From the NCBI GenBank assembly GCA_963788655.1, contig CAWBHS010000065.1, positions 20,810 through 84,809 on the forward strand: a stretch of DNA of 64,000 bases, read 5' to 3'. Below, piece after piece: positions 10,859 through 21,128 of this stretch. Made by a program: the position numbers and the translations under genes. This DNA comes from an uncultured Verrucomicrobiae bacterium (GTDB lineage: Bacteria; Verrucomicrobiota; Verrucomicrobiia; Limisphaerales; JAFGQR01). The notes under the pieces were generated by a model. It was not told where the DNA came from. It was given only the letters and a program-made list of their open reading frames with translations, and did not search any database. The stretch's first letter is position 1; the number at the start of each line of letters is the position of its first letter.

Positions 10859-12679
10859 CTACTGGTTCCCTGCCAGCCGGGTGATTTGTTCCACTTCCTG
10901 GTCCAGCGTTGGCACCCAGGTCTGGCCGGACGCCTTTTGGGTTTGCTGTGCCTCGAGGAACCATTTCTTGGCCGCTGAGTAATTGTGAAGTTTCCAATAG
11001 GCCACCCCAATGGCGCGGGTGAGGTGGGTCACATTTTCCTGGCGAACCCGCTCATAGCTATGGGTGCGGGCCAGGCGAAGTCCCTGTTGAAATTGGGCAA
11101 TGGCTTCTTCGGGCCGGCCCCGGTTTACCAGGATCATGCCCCGGCGCATGAACAGGTTCGGCGTGTTGACTGTGCCGCGTCGGGCGACCGCCAGTTCAAA
11201 TTGCTCCCAGGCCAAATCCCACAAGTGGTCGCGATAGGCCGTGGACTCGGTTTTGGTTTGGACCTTGCCTTCCCATTCAGCCTTGAGGCTGGCCACCTGC
11301 GCCGCGTTGGTCATTACCGCTTCCGCCAGCGTGAGTTCACGCGGCAAATCCACGGCCTGGTTAGCAGTGAGGAACTGGTTCATGCGATCGCCGGCCTCCT
11401 GGTAAACGGTCCCCAAATACTCATTGTTTTGGTAGGCACGGGATTTGGCGGTGGCGGCATACCACACGGAACGGGGATCGTTCCATTCATTCAAATAGAG
11501 CCGCGTCTTGCCGGCCCAAAGGCCCGCCACGCACAGGAAGGCAATCCCGTAACTCCAACGATTCGACTCCGGCCGGACCGCGCTGCGAGTAATCGCCTCG
11601 GCCAACAACAGGCATAAGCCCACGGACGGCAGGAACAAGTAGCGATCGGTGATGGGGGTGATGAAGCTGAAGACCATGGGTGGGATCAGTTGGATCAGAA
11701 TCCAATACCACAACATCATCGCCACCGGATTCAACAAACGGTGCAATAGCAGCGGCCCCAGCCAGGCGAAGGCGACGAGGACAATGACCACGACATTGAC
11801 GGGAAAGGTGAGTTGTTCCGCACTGAGGGTTGGCCGGTACAACACGTAATCACCCAAGCCGGTCAACAGCCATAAATTCGAAATCTGATTGGCGGCCAGC
11901 ACCGCCAGGTCGTAGGACCGGCGAGTGTCGGGCTGGGCGCCCATGGTCGGCAACGCAAATAGAATGGTGATCAGCCCAAAGGGTATCTTGTCCAGCAACA
12001 GCGACCATCCGCGCCGTTTTTCGACGAAGAAATCCCAACCGACCATGACCGCCGGCAGCAAGACCACGGACTGTTTGCCGGCAGTTGCCAGCAGGAAACC
12101 AACGATGCTCGCGGCATAGAACCACTTGGCAAATCGGGTTTGCCGGCGATAGAGCAAATACAAGGTCATGGTCAGCACGCCAAACGCGGTGGCCACCAGG
12201 TCCTTCCGACTGGACAGCCAGGCCACCACTTCGACGTGGGCCGGGTGGACCAGGAACAGCAGCGCGGCCCCCGCCGACATGACCAAGTTGGGCCGGATGG
12301 TGAATGCCAGGCAGTAAACCATGCAAACCGCAAAGCCATTCCACAGCACGTTGGAAAGGTGCATGGCGAACGCATCTTTGCCGCCGGCCAATAAAACGTC
12401 CAAACTGTAGCTTAGCAGGTGGAGCGGCGAGAAATTTGCAAAATAGGGTGCGCTACAAATCCGGACCAGGTTGGCGACAGCGAACGAGTTGATGTACGGA
12501 TTGTTGACGACGTAATCGGGATCATCCAGCGAGAAGAATCCCAAGCGCAACGCTGGCCAGTAAAGGGCCAAGTTGGCCAACAGCAATCCACCGATGATGG
12601 CCAAATGCCATTCCCACCGCACCTGGTTCTTCGAGGCGGCGGCAACTGATGCTTTTCGTTTGGTGCGCTTGCGTTTCAC
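10859..12679 (-). CDS. TMTC-like GT-C membrane glycosyltransferase with C-terminal TPR region
   Basis: LDDPDYV acidic loop, HPAHVEVVAWLSSRKD, DRYLFLPSVG, many TM segments, helical TPR-like tail; GTG start is a guess. Confidence 0.75.
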   Translation of the reverse strand: MKRKRTKRKASVAAASKNQVRWEWHLAIIGGLLLANLALYWPALRLGFFSLDDPDYVVNNPYINSFAVANLVRICSAPYFANFSPLHLLSYSLDVLLAGGKDAFAMHLSNVLWNGFAVCMVYCLAFTIRPNLVMSAGAALLFLVHPAHVEVVAWLSSRKDLVATAFGVLTMTLYLLYRRQTRFAKWFYAASIVGFLLATAGKQSVVLLPAVMVGWDFFVEKRRGWSLLLDKIPFGLITILFALPTMGAQPDTRRSYDLAVLAANQISNLWLLTGLGDYVLYRPTLSAEQLTFPVNVVVIVLVAFAWLGPLLLHRLLNPVAMMLWYWILIQLIPPMVFSFITPITDRYLFLPSVGLCLLLAEAITRSAVRPESNRWSYGIAFLCVAGLWAGKTRLYLNEWNDPRSVWYAATAKSRAYQNNEYLGTVYQEAGDRMNQFLTANQAVDLPRELTLAEAVMTNAAQVASLKAEWEGKVQTKTESTAYRDHLWDLAWEQFELAVARRGTVNTPNLFMRRGMILVNRGRPEEAIAQFQQGLRLARTHSYERVRQENVTHLTRAIGVAYWKLHNYSAAKKWFLEAQQTQKASGQTWVPTLDQEVEQITRLAGNQ

Positions 12680-13020
12680 GATTGTGCTCGGGCTTGTTCC
12701 ATACCGATAGACCTCCGGGAGCGCGAGCAGAATTGTAACGACCACCGGAAAGGAATCAGGCGGAGCCGCGGGACAAAGTGACAATCCGAGTCCCGAAATC
12801 CAAGGTCTGCAAGCAGGGTTCCCCCCACCGAAAACTCCTTAAGCTCTGGGACTGGTTGCCGAAGTTTACTTTGAATAGACGCGATTCCAGCGAATTGAGT
12901 CCGAGGACAGTGATGCGTTGGAATACCAATGGAAGCAGTAAAACCGTCCTCCATGCGCGGCGGAACCATCCGCCACCGACCTGGCAGTTGGCATGGAAGA
13001 CGACATTCGAAGTCTAAGTT

Positions 13021-14232
13021 ATGCCGTCATACGTTTACGTCGCGAGAGAAACGGGGAGCGGACGAGAAATTCGCAACAGCCTCGAGGCTGCCTCCGAGCA
13101 GGCGGCCATCGCCGCCCTGCTGAATCGCAATTTGCTCGTCGTCTCCATCCAGGAGCGCATCGGTAAAAAGGGTAAAACCTCCGGAGGCAAGGTCAACCTG
13201 GCGGATCTGGTGGTATTCACCCGCCAATTGGCCACCATGATCGACGCCGGTCTGGCCATGGTGCAATCATTGCAGGCGCTGGCCGACCAGACCAAGAACA
13301 AGGCGATGCGCGATGTCATCCGCGACGTTTGCACCCGGGTCGAAGGGGGCGACAGTTTTTCCGAAGCCCTGAGCAAGCATCCCAAGGTGTTCGCCCGGCT
13401 TTACGTGTGCATGGTGGGCGCCGGCGAGCGGGGCGGTTTGTTGTCGGAGATTCTCAGCCGCCTGGCCACTTACCTGGAAAATGCGGCGCGCCTGCGCAAG
13501 AAGGTCAAATCGGCCATGATGTATCCGACGGTCGTCACGATTGTGGCCATCGGGATCACCATTTTCCTGCTGATCAAAGTCGTGCCGGTGTTCGGGGACG
13601 TTTACAAAGGCTTCGGGGCGAAATTGCCCGCTCCGACGATGGCGTTGCTGGCAGTCAGCAACGCAACCCAGAAGTACATTCTCTACATTCTCCCGGCCAT
13701 CATCGGTATGGTTTACGCCTGGATTGCCTACATCAAGACCGCTTCGGGACGCGAGTTTTGGGATCGCCTCCGCATTAAGCTGCCGATCTTCGGTTCGATT
13801 GCCCACAAGATTTGTCTGGGCCGGTTCACGCGCACCCTGGCGTCGCTGATCCGCAGCGGCGTGCCCATCCTTGAAGTGCTGCAAATCGTCTCCAACACCG
13901 TCGGCAACGTGATCATGGAGAAAGCGGTGCGGGCGTCGGCGGCCGATATCGAGCGTGGCGAAAGCATTTCGTCTTCGCTGGGCAAGCATCAGATCTTTCC
14001 CTCGATGATCATCCGGATGGTGACCGCCGGCGAACAGACCGGCAAGATCGAGCAGATGTTGGAACAGATCGCCGATTTTCTGGACGAAGAAATGGAAACG
14101 ACTTTGTCCGGTTTGACCTCTCTCATCGAACCCTTGTTGATCGTGTTTCTGGGCGTGACGGTGGGCGGTATCGCCATCTGCATGTTCCTGCCGATCTTCA
14201 AGATGAGCGAAATCATCAATCCGCCTAAATGA
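13021..14232 (+). CDS. pilC: Type IV pilus / T2SS inner-membrane platform protein (PilC/GspF)
   Basis: FTRQLATMIDAGL, AGERGG, KVKSAMMYP, GEQTG, LIEP, MFLPIF; two T2SSF repeats. Confidence 0.92.
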   Translation: MPSYVYVARETGSGREIRNSLEAASEQAAIAALLNRNLLVVSIQERIGKKGKTSGGKVNLADLVVFTRQLATMIDAGLAMVQSLQALADQTKNKAMRDVIRDVCTRVEGGDSFSEALSKHPKVFARLYVCMVGAGERGGLLSEILSRLATYLENAARLRKKVKSAMMYPTVVTIVAIGITIFLLIKVVPVFGDVYKGFGAKLPAPTMALLAVSNATQKYILYILPAIIGMVYAWIAYIKTASGREFWDRLRIKLPIFGSIAHKICLGRFTRTLASLIRSGVPILEVLQIVSNTVGNVIMEKAVRASAADIERGESISSSLGKHQIFPSMIIRMVTAGEQTGKIEQMLEQIADFLDEEMETTLSGLTSLIEPLLIVFLGVTVGGIAICMFLPIFKMSEIINPPK

Positions 14233-14308
14233 CGGTGACGGCCGCGAGTCGCCAGGAACTCGCGCGGATGAAATTGGAGTCCGGACGCGAGTCCGGGCTC
14301 CAATTGGT

Positions 14309-15654
14309 TTAGGGTTGGAAGGGATTGAGCATCCGAATGCGCCGGTCGTTGCCCAGTTCAACCGCTTCCCAATCGAGGAAATAGGAACACTTTTTGTCCA
14401 GGATTTCGTGCATCAACCGGCTGCGCAAATGGGCCCGCGAATTGGGGGGCGGCCGCGTCATCGCCTGGCGCAAGCCCGCGGCCGGCCACAAATCGCCGGG
14501 TTCGGCCATGGCGATTCCCAAACTCCGCTTCGGGTGAATCTGGTGAAACTCGAGATCCTGTGACTCGAGCCAGGGATCGCCCCATTCCAACCCTTCGCGG
14601 GTGCAGAATTCACGGAACAGATATTCCTTGCTCACCCAATCCAACTTACCCACCAACGTCAGGGGATCCGCGGCGAGACTTTCAATGACCTGGCCCCAGA
14701 GCGTGAGCAACGCGTCGGTTTCCGTGTCCCGCCCCTGGAAATTTCTTTTGGCCTTTTGATATACACCTCGAGGAGTTCGAGCGCATCGGCCGGTTTGCCA
14801 TCGGCCAGCGTCACACTCCAGGGCGGCCGCAAATTGCGCGAGAGCGTCCGCAGCGAGGTGACGGCGTCCAACAGGGCCAGTTCCGGCAAATCGTCGGCGT
14901 CCAGGAGGTCCAACACGAGACGGGTGGTGCCGACTTTCAGGAACAAAGCCCGCGGTAGCACATTGCTGTCGCCGTGAATGAGGTGCAACCGACGGAACAA
15001 CCGCGGATCGGCCAAGGGTTCGTCGCGCGTGTTAATGATGGCGCGATTGTGTTGCACCCACTCGAAGAAATCATTTTGGATGTAGTCGGCCCGCTGGCTG
15101 ATTTGAAAGAGAGCCGGATTCTCGCGCATCACAATTTCACCGCGGAACCGGGTTGGCCGGATGGCTCCCACCCTGCCCGAGCCGGAATAGAGGACCCGCA
15201 ACGTCAGAAAGGCCAGCAAGGACAACACGTTCTTCTCGTGCAGCGGCGCCTTGCGGTCGAGGGAATAATTCTCATGACAACCAAACGTCGCCCCGGTGTG
15301 ATGATCGACATTGTTGCGGATGATGCTGACGCGAGTTTCCAGACCCAAGTCGCGCACGGCTTCGAGCAGAAGCATGTCGCCGGCCCGATCGTAATGCACA
15401 ACTTCGGTGGCGGTGGTACATTCCGGGGTGCAATACTCCAGGTGCCCCATGTCGATGTAAACCCGGCCCCCGTTGAAAAGAAATCCTCCGTTGCCGGCCG
15501 GTTCATCCCAATCCCGGTCATGCCGGTCAATCAAACCGTAGCGGTGTTTTTCGAACAACCAGTCCCGAATGCGCGGCAGGAGATCCGACGCCTGGACGGG
15601 CGGCTCGACCAAACATCCGTATTCAGTTTCAATGCCTGTAATGCGACGTGACAT
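14309..15654 (-). CDS. pafA: Pup/UBact-protein ligase (PafA family); frameshift near 14760
   Basis: GIETEYG, FLFNGGRVYIDMGHLEYCTPEC, GCHENY, IINTRDEPLAD, RLHLIHGDSN; second frame has LDWVSK and DLEFH. Confidence 0.9.
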
Positions 15655-15789
15655 GTTTCAAAGACTTACGGGCCCTGCCCTTTTGGTGACAAGCCCGGAC
15701 TCCCACAATCGTTCCCTTGCGCCGGCCACGGGTGAGTTCCTGCCGCGCACGCCCCGTTTCGTTCTTTGGGTGAAACAAGTCGGGGTTGG

Positions 15790-16503
15790 TTACCCGAGCT
15801 TCAATTCCTGATATTGCACCGAGCCGGCGCGTTGCCGATCCAACCACCCGGCTTCCACCGTCTTACCCGAGATCGACAGCAGCGGCTCGGACGGCAGAGC
15901 CAATTCAGCGAAGGTTTTGCCTTCCGTCACTGCTTGCCAGGCGGTCAGGCAGGCGGAGGCGACTTGGTCCAGGGAATCCTTGGCCCGCAGATGTTCCTGG
16001 AGCCAGCGGGTGGCATCTTCTTCCACTTTGGGATCGCTGCACGCCACCAGCACGCCGGAGGTTTCATAACGGTGGTTGCCGTCAAAGTGCAGACGCACCA
16101 GCACGTCCTGCTCCGGCGATTCCCCCAGTTCGGCAAAAACGGCTTCGACGATTAGCGGCGGCGAAAAGATCTGTTCGAAACTATTCTTGAACGAAGGACT
16201 CAGCGCAAAACTGATCAGGCGGCGCAACGTGACGTCTTTGGGCGACCGGGTGAAGCCCTCGAGATGAGCCGCTTCAATGGCCGACTGACGGACTTTCTCG
16301 ATGTCCACCGGATGGCCAAGCGCCGCAAAACCGTGCCGGTTGTAAATCTCGAACACTTTGGAATGCCCGTGCCCAACGCCCAGCAGCAAAATGCCGGTCG
16401 GTCGGGAGACCGCAAACACCGGTGTGCCGCCTTTGAGTTGCTCGCGGATGTACTCCCGGCGATTGCCGATGGCCTCCAACCAACGATACGGTTCTTCGGT
16501 CAT
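15790..16503 (-). CDS. prcA: 20S proteasome alpha subunit
   Basis: MTEEPY start, SKVFEIYNR, DVTLRRL; start overlaps the beta-subunit stop; operon context. Confidence 0.85.
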   Translation of the reverse strand: MTEEPYRWLEAIGNRREYIREQLKGGTPVFAVSRPTGILLLGVGHGHSKVFEIYNRHGFAALGHPVDIEKVRQSAIEAAHLEGFTRSPKDVTLRRLISFALSPSFKNSFEQIFSPPLIVEAVFAELGESPEQDVLVRLHFDGNHRYETSGVLVACSDPKVEEDATRWLQEHLRAKDSLDQVASACLTAWQAVTEGKTFAELALPSEPLLSISGKTVEAGWLDRQRAGSVQYQELKLG

Positions 16504-17258
16504 GACTGGGATTCTTTCCAAAACCGGGCCTGCTCCTCCGGGCTGATCGAGCGGACTCCCTCGCGCGACAACACTTTGATGGTGGCAAACAACTTCCGAT
16601 CCGGGTGAACGCCGCCGGTGGCCGTGTCAAATTCCGCCGCGGTCATCAGCAGGCGATTGGCCAAACTGCAAGCCGGTCCTAAGGCCATCTCTTCCGGTCG
16701 CGGTTTCCCCCATTTCTCCAGGTAGTGAAGGACGCTCTTGATGCTGGCGGAACCGGAACCGCTGCCGGCGTATTGAGCCGCTTCAAACTGGGCGCCCAAC
16801 GGATCGTAAAATTGAATTACCGGTTTGGCATCAGGCTCGTTGACCTCGACCCCGGCAAAAATCGGAGAAACCGCCCCAAAGCCTTGAATGGTCGCCGGAA
16901 TGTTATCGCGGAGCAATTTGGACAACGCCCGAATTTTGGCCGGCACACTCATGGATTGCAACTGGCTGCGGCGATAAAACTCGAAGGTGGTTTGCAGCGT
17001 GCGCGCCATTTCGAACGCGGTGGCCGGCACGCCCGCAATTGCCATGAGCGAGTGCGAATCCAACTCCAGGATCTTGTCCGTCTTGTCGGAGAAGATCAGG
17101 TTACCGGCCGTGGCCCGATGGTCGCCGGCGATCACCACTCCATCGGCACAATGGAAGGCAAACACCGTCGTCGCCTCCAACGGCAACGGTCCACCGCTCG
17201 GCACCCCGAGCGCCGGCAGTGGGTTCTTCGGCAGCAAGGCCAGAAAATCGCCGTTCAT
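16500..17258 (-). CDS. prcB: 20S proteasome beta subunit (29-aa propeptide then catalytic Thr)
   Basis: PLEA|TTVFAF, AGDHRATAG, DKI, GSGSGS, DTATGG Ntn-hydrolase motifs. Confidence 0.92.
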   Translation of the reverse strand: MNGDFLALLPKNPLPALGVPSGGPLPLEATTVFAFHCADGVVIAGDHRATAGNLIFSDKTDKILELDSHSLMAIAGVPATAFEMARTLQTTFEFYRRSQLQSMSVPAKIRALSKLLRDNIPATIQGFGAVSPIFAGVEVNEPDAKPVIQFYDPLGAQFEAAQYAGSGSGSASIKSVLHYLEKWGKPRPEEMALGPACSLANRLLMTAAEFDTATGGVHPDRKLFATIKVLSREGVRSISPEEQARFWKESQS

Positions 17259-17427
17259 TGCCCCGTGCGCTGGCGATAGCGTCGGGCCTGGTCCGGATCC
17301 ACCTTGCGCATGCGCTTCAGCAACTCCTCGGTGTTGGGTTTATCGACTTGCGGGGCGCGTGGCCCGTCACCCCTCCTCCCCCGGGTGCCGGAGCGGTCGG
17401 ACGTGGTTTTTGAATTCTTTCTGGCAT
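17255..17427 (-). CDS. ubact: UBact ubiquitin-like modifier (~57 aa); one base missing in the G-rich tract at ~17370-17382
   Basis: Manual translation MPERIQKPRPTAPAPGGG/GDGPRAPQVDKPNTEELLKRMRKVDPDQARRYRQRTGQ*; C-terminal R[TS]G[EQ] signature; sits between dop and prcB; stop overlaps the prcB ATG. Confidence 0.9.
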
Positions 17428-17446
17428 ACAGTTAACTACTACATCA

Positions 17447-18967
17447 CTAAAGCACCTTTGCAAAGTTCAGGTGGATTAAATCTTCCACCGCCTCGGCAGC
17501 GCTGATGACCTTCAAACTCTGTCGGACCTGGATCGGATCGAACAAATTGCGCAGATCCAGTTCAACGCGTTGCCGACTGCCGCGCAGCAACAGGTAGTCC
17601 CATTGCGTGGCTTCCACCGCGCTACCGAATTTCTCAATGCAACGGCCGCGTACCGCCGCGCGGGTGGTATGCGGCGGGCACATGCTGTGATGAGAAATCT
17701 CCGGCAGCGAATACGGGAGCCGAAAGGCCTTCTGGCCCATCAAGCCGTAGAATAGACCCAGGTCGCGATCCAGTTGGTGATAGGTCAGGTCGAGGCTGCG
17801 CAACCACGGATCCTCCGGGGACAGATGCTCCAATTCACGGAATTGCTCGACAAGTTTGTATTTGGCCGCCCAGTCCAGGCGATCGGCAGTGGCCAATGGA
17901 TCACGTTCCAAGTCGCCCAAGATTTCCTCCCAGGCCTGGATCAGTTGGCGCCAGTCGGCATCAAGGTCGGGACAAAATTCCTTCACCAGTTCCACGTAGC
18001 GTTGCTGCACGGCGAGCGCCGTAGTTGGTCGGCCTTCAGCTTCCTGGCAGTGCCACTTCCACGTCGTGTCACGGGAGATGCGTTTCAGGGTCTGAAGCGG
18101 ATCGCCGAGATCGGGTACGCGTTCGACGGGTGCGCCGTTCAGCAGGGCCTGCAATACCAGGGCGGTAGTGCCGATCTTCAAATAGGTCGAATAAAACGAC
18201 AAATTGGCATCGCCAATGATCACGTGGAAGCGGCGGTACACCTCGTTGTTGGCGTGCGGTTCGTCGCGGGTATTGATGATCGGCCGGCGCTGCATTGTGT
18301 CCACACTTTGCAACTCGGAGAAGAAGTCGCTGCGCTGCGAAATTTGGAAACCCGGACCGAGGAACTTGTCTTCGTCTTCCCAGCCGAACTTGCCGGCGCC
18401 GCAATAAATCTGGCGCGTAATCAGGAAGGCGAGCACGCCTTGTGTCAGCCGGTCCCAGGTCAAGGTGCGGGGCATCAGATAATTCTCGTGGCAGCCGTAG
18501 CTATGCCCCCGAAAGTCGGTGTTGTTCTTGTAGAGCACCACCGGGTTGTCCGAGCCTTGACTCACCACGCGGGCGCATTCCAGCAGCAGGCAGTCGCCCT
18601 GGTAGTCCTGCTGCAGAATTTCGAGCAACGTGCTGCACTCGGGCGTGCAATACTCGGGGTGGGCATGATCGTTGTAAAAGCGGCCGCCATTGCGCAGCAC
18701 CATGTCGCTCTTGATTTCGTGGAAGGTGAGCGAGCGTTGGGCATCCTGCGCAAAGTAATGATTTTCGTCGCGGTCCTGGAGCAGTTCTTTGACCCGGAAT
18801 CCACGAGCGTCGCAGTGAGGATCTTCGCAATTGTAATCCCAGCGCATCCGTACCCCCGGCGCTTTGGTGGCCCGAACCAACGCGATGGACTCGGCCACGA
18901 CATCCACTTCCGCGGGCTGCTGGCGGGAGATGCCGATCTCTGTTTCAATGCCGAATTGAATATCCAT
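17447..18967 (-). CDS. dop: Dop-family deamidase/depupylase (PafA2)
   Basis: GIETEIG, LRNGGRFYNDHAHPEYCTPEC, SYGCHENY, RPIINTRDEPHA, RFHVIIGDAN, LDWAAK. Confidence 0.9.
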   Translation of the reverse strand: MDIQFGIETEIGISRQQPAEVDVVAESIALVRATKAPGVRMRWDYNCEDPHCDARGFRVKELLQDRDENHYFAQDAQRSLTFHEIKSDMVLRNGGRFYNDHAHPEYCTPECSTLLEILQQDYQGDCLLLECARVVSQGSDNPVVLYKNNTDFRGHSYGCHENYLMPRTLTWDRLTQGVLAFLITRQIYCGAGKFGWEDEDKFLGPGFQISQRSDFFSELQSVDTMQRRPIINTRDEPHANNEVYRRFHVIIGDANLSFYSTYLKIGTTALVLQALLNGAPVERVPDLGDPLQTLKRISRDTTWKWHCQEAEGRPTTALAVQQRYVELVKEFCPDLDADWRQLIQAWEEILGDLERDPLATADRLDWAAKYKLVEQFRELEHLSPEDPWLRSLDLTYHQLDRDLGLFYGLMGQKAFRLPYSLPEISHHSMCPPHTTRAAVRGRCIEKFGSAVEATQWDYLLLRGSRQRVELDLRNLFDPIQVRQSLKVISAAEAVEDLIHLNFAKVL

Positions 18968-19072
18968 AAAATCTGGTGCTGGCGCGAAAGGTTTCCTTGG
19001 GCCGCCAGTATAGGGGATTTGACGGAGCCGGAAGTGCCGCATTCATTCCCATCAAACCAGGCAATCCATGCG

Positions 19073-20770
19073 CTAAATTGTTCCGGACGAGTTGGTGGAG
19101 TCCGCGGTGCGATACGGCGCGAGTCGCACGACATTGCCCGGATCAAAATCCGTCAGTTTAAGCCAGTCCTCCGTGATGTCGCTAGGCGGGAACAGATCGT
19201 TTTCGCGATATTCGCAGTTTAGCGCTTGCTGCAAATCCTGGAGGGCTAACGGCGACTCCGTCTTGACCGCAATAGACCGCTTGATGGCGTATTCCTTGGC
19301 CCGTTCGACAATTGCCGCAATGATGGCTCCGCTGGCCAGATCGCCACGGAATAAATAGTCGTGTTTGCCACTGCGGTAGGTGATGTCCAAAAACCGGTTG
19401 TCCTCCGATTTGGCATAGTGCTGGTCGGCGATCTTCTTCACCAATTCCGGCTGCGGTGTTTCCAACGGCAGATCGGACGTCAGGTAAATCCGGTATATTT
19501 CCTCCGCCGCTTCCTTGTTTGGACGTTTCACGCGAATCTTCCGGTCAATGCGCCCCGGACGCAAGATGGCGGGATCGATCAAGTCGGCGCGATTGGACGC
19601 CAAGATCACCACGACGTTTTGCAGCGGTTCCAAGCCGTCCATCTCCGTGCAGAACATCGGCACGAGCGTGGACAGAATACTGGTTCCGCCGCGGAGCGCG
19701 TGCCGGGTGCCCAAGATGGATTCGGCTTCATCAATGAACAGAAAGGCCAGGTGGCCTTCGGCGGCTTTCTCGCGGCACTGGGCAAACAGGTCGCGCACCT
19801 GCCGCTCCGATTCGCCCAGCCACATGTTGAGGATTTCCGGACCCTTGACGGTGAGGAAGAATTCCGGGCGATCTTCGCCGGTTTCGGCCTTGATTTGCTG
19901 CCGCAAATTGTGAGCGGTGGCTTTGCCCAACAAGGTTTTGCCGCAACCCGGCGGCCCGTAGAGCAGGAAGCCTTTGGGCACGGGATGATTGAACCGCTTG
20001 AACAAGTGCGCGTGGAGGAACGGCAGTTCGATCGAGTCGCGAATCGCCTCGACCGCTTCCTGTTGTCCTCCAATCTTGTTCCAAGGCAATTGCTCAACCC
20101 GAGCCAGGGTGCGATCGGCGCGCTTGGCGGTGCCAATGATTTCCACCGCCACGCGTTGATTGGCGTCCAAACGCAGGTCAAGTCCGGCTTTCAATTTCTC
20201 TTTCACCAGCAGCGACGAACGCGCGACGATCAGATCGGAAATGCCGGTTTCATTGCCGACCCGCAAACGGCCGTCGGTGAGCAATTCCATAACTCGCACC
20301 ACGGGACCGTTTTGATCGAACTCGAAGGCGTCAATCACGGCAAAGGCTTCATTGAGCAACACCCGTACACCGGTATCGAGGCTGTCCTTGGGCAACGAAG
20401 GATCGACGCTGCAGACGTAATCCGATCCATTCGCGCAAACCAGCGCGCGATCCTTGCCCAACTTTTGGAGCAACGTGCCCAATCGCAACGCGGGCGACCG
20501 GAGTTTTTCCACCGCTTCGCTGAGCTTCTCCACCGCGTGACGGGCCTGGTCCTGGACCTCTTCCATTTCCTGAATCCGCCGCCGTAACAGAGACATGTCC
20601 GCGGACATCGCCCCCTGCAGAGCCATCTTATGGGTAATGAGATCCACCAACTGGAGGGCCGACATCTGTTCGACCTGCTCTTCCGGGACCGCTTCCTCAA
20701 TCGCGGGGAACTCAAAATCCGTTGCCCGATGGGTCGCGGACTGTGCTCGGCTCTTGCTCGATTTGTTCAC
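19073..20770 (-). CDS. arc: Proteasome-associated AAA+ ATPase (ARC/Mpa family)
   Basis: N-terminal coiled coil, OB-like interdomain, GPPGCGKT, VKGPEILN, FIDEAE, RPGRIDRKI; start position uncertain. Confidence 0.92.
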   Translation of the reverse strand: MNKSSKSRAQSATHRATDFEFPAIEEAVPEEQVEQMSALQLVDLITHKMALQGAMSADMSLLRRRIQEMEEVQDQARHAVEKLSEAVEKLRSPALRLGTLLQKLGKDRALVCANGSDYVCSVDPSLPKDSLDTGVRVLLNEAFAVIDAFEFDQNGPVVRVMELLTDGRLRVGNETGISDLIVARSSLLVKEKLKAGLDLRLDANQRVAVEIIGTAKRADRTLARVEQLPWNKIGGQQEAVEAIRDSIELPFLHAHLFKRFNHPVPKGFLLYGPPGCGKTLLGKATAHNLRQQIKAETGEDRPEFFLTVKGPEILNMWLGESERQVRDLFAQCREKAAEGHLAFLFIDEAESILGTRHALRGGTSILSTLVPMFCTEMDGLEPLQNVVVILASNRADLIDPAILRPGRIDRKIRVKRPNKEAAEEIYRIYLTSDLPLETPQPELVKKIADQHYAKSEDNRFLDITYRSGKHDYLFRGDLASGAIIAAIVERAKEYAIKRSIAVKTESPLALQDLQQALNCEYRENDLFPPSDITEDWLKLTDFDPGNVVRLAPYRTADSTNSSGTI

Positions 20771-21074
20771 AGTGGAACTATACGACAGGTTGGTATTCGC
20801 GCAAACGAGGGTGGGAAGTTTTCGCGGTAGTTTTGCAGTCAACGGTTGCTGCACCCACCACTGTTCTCGACGAGCACCCGGGAGTGCTCCCCGTCAGGGG
20901 TGGGTACGGGCTGGCTGTGCAGCACGACTATCGCGCAGAATGGACTTCAGCCATCCCATTCGCTGTTGGTTCAGCGTTTCAACTTTTCGCCCCTTCTCTC
21001 CTTCACCCTCCGTTACGGAGCAAATCCGAATTCAATGGCCTCCCCGGATCCGGTTGGTTAGGTAAAAATGATAG

Positions 21075-21120
21075 TTAGAATTATTCCAATTATTGACAAG
21101 CCTCCGGCACTTGTTAGATT
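21075..21120 (+). promoter_or_regulatory. Fur-family operator (Per/ICE-like 7-1-7 palindrome) and sigma70 promoter
   Basis: TTAGAAT-T-ATTCCAA at 21075-21089; TTGACA at 21093-21098; TGnTAGATT extended -10 at 21112-21120. Confidence 0.7.
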
Positions 21121-21128
21121 GCCGCAGG

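Noticed and set aside
17255..17427. Calling the small modifier Pup
   Set aside because: It ends in RTGQ rather than GG[EQ], and the body matches the UBact pattern.
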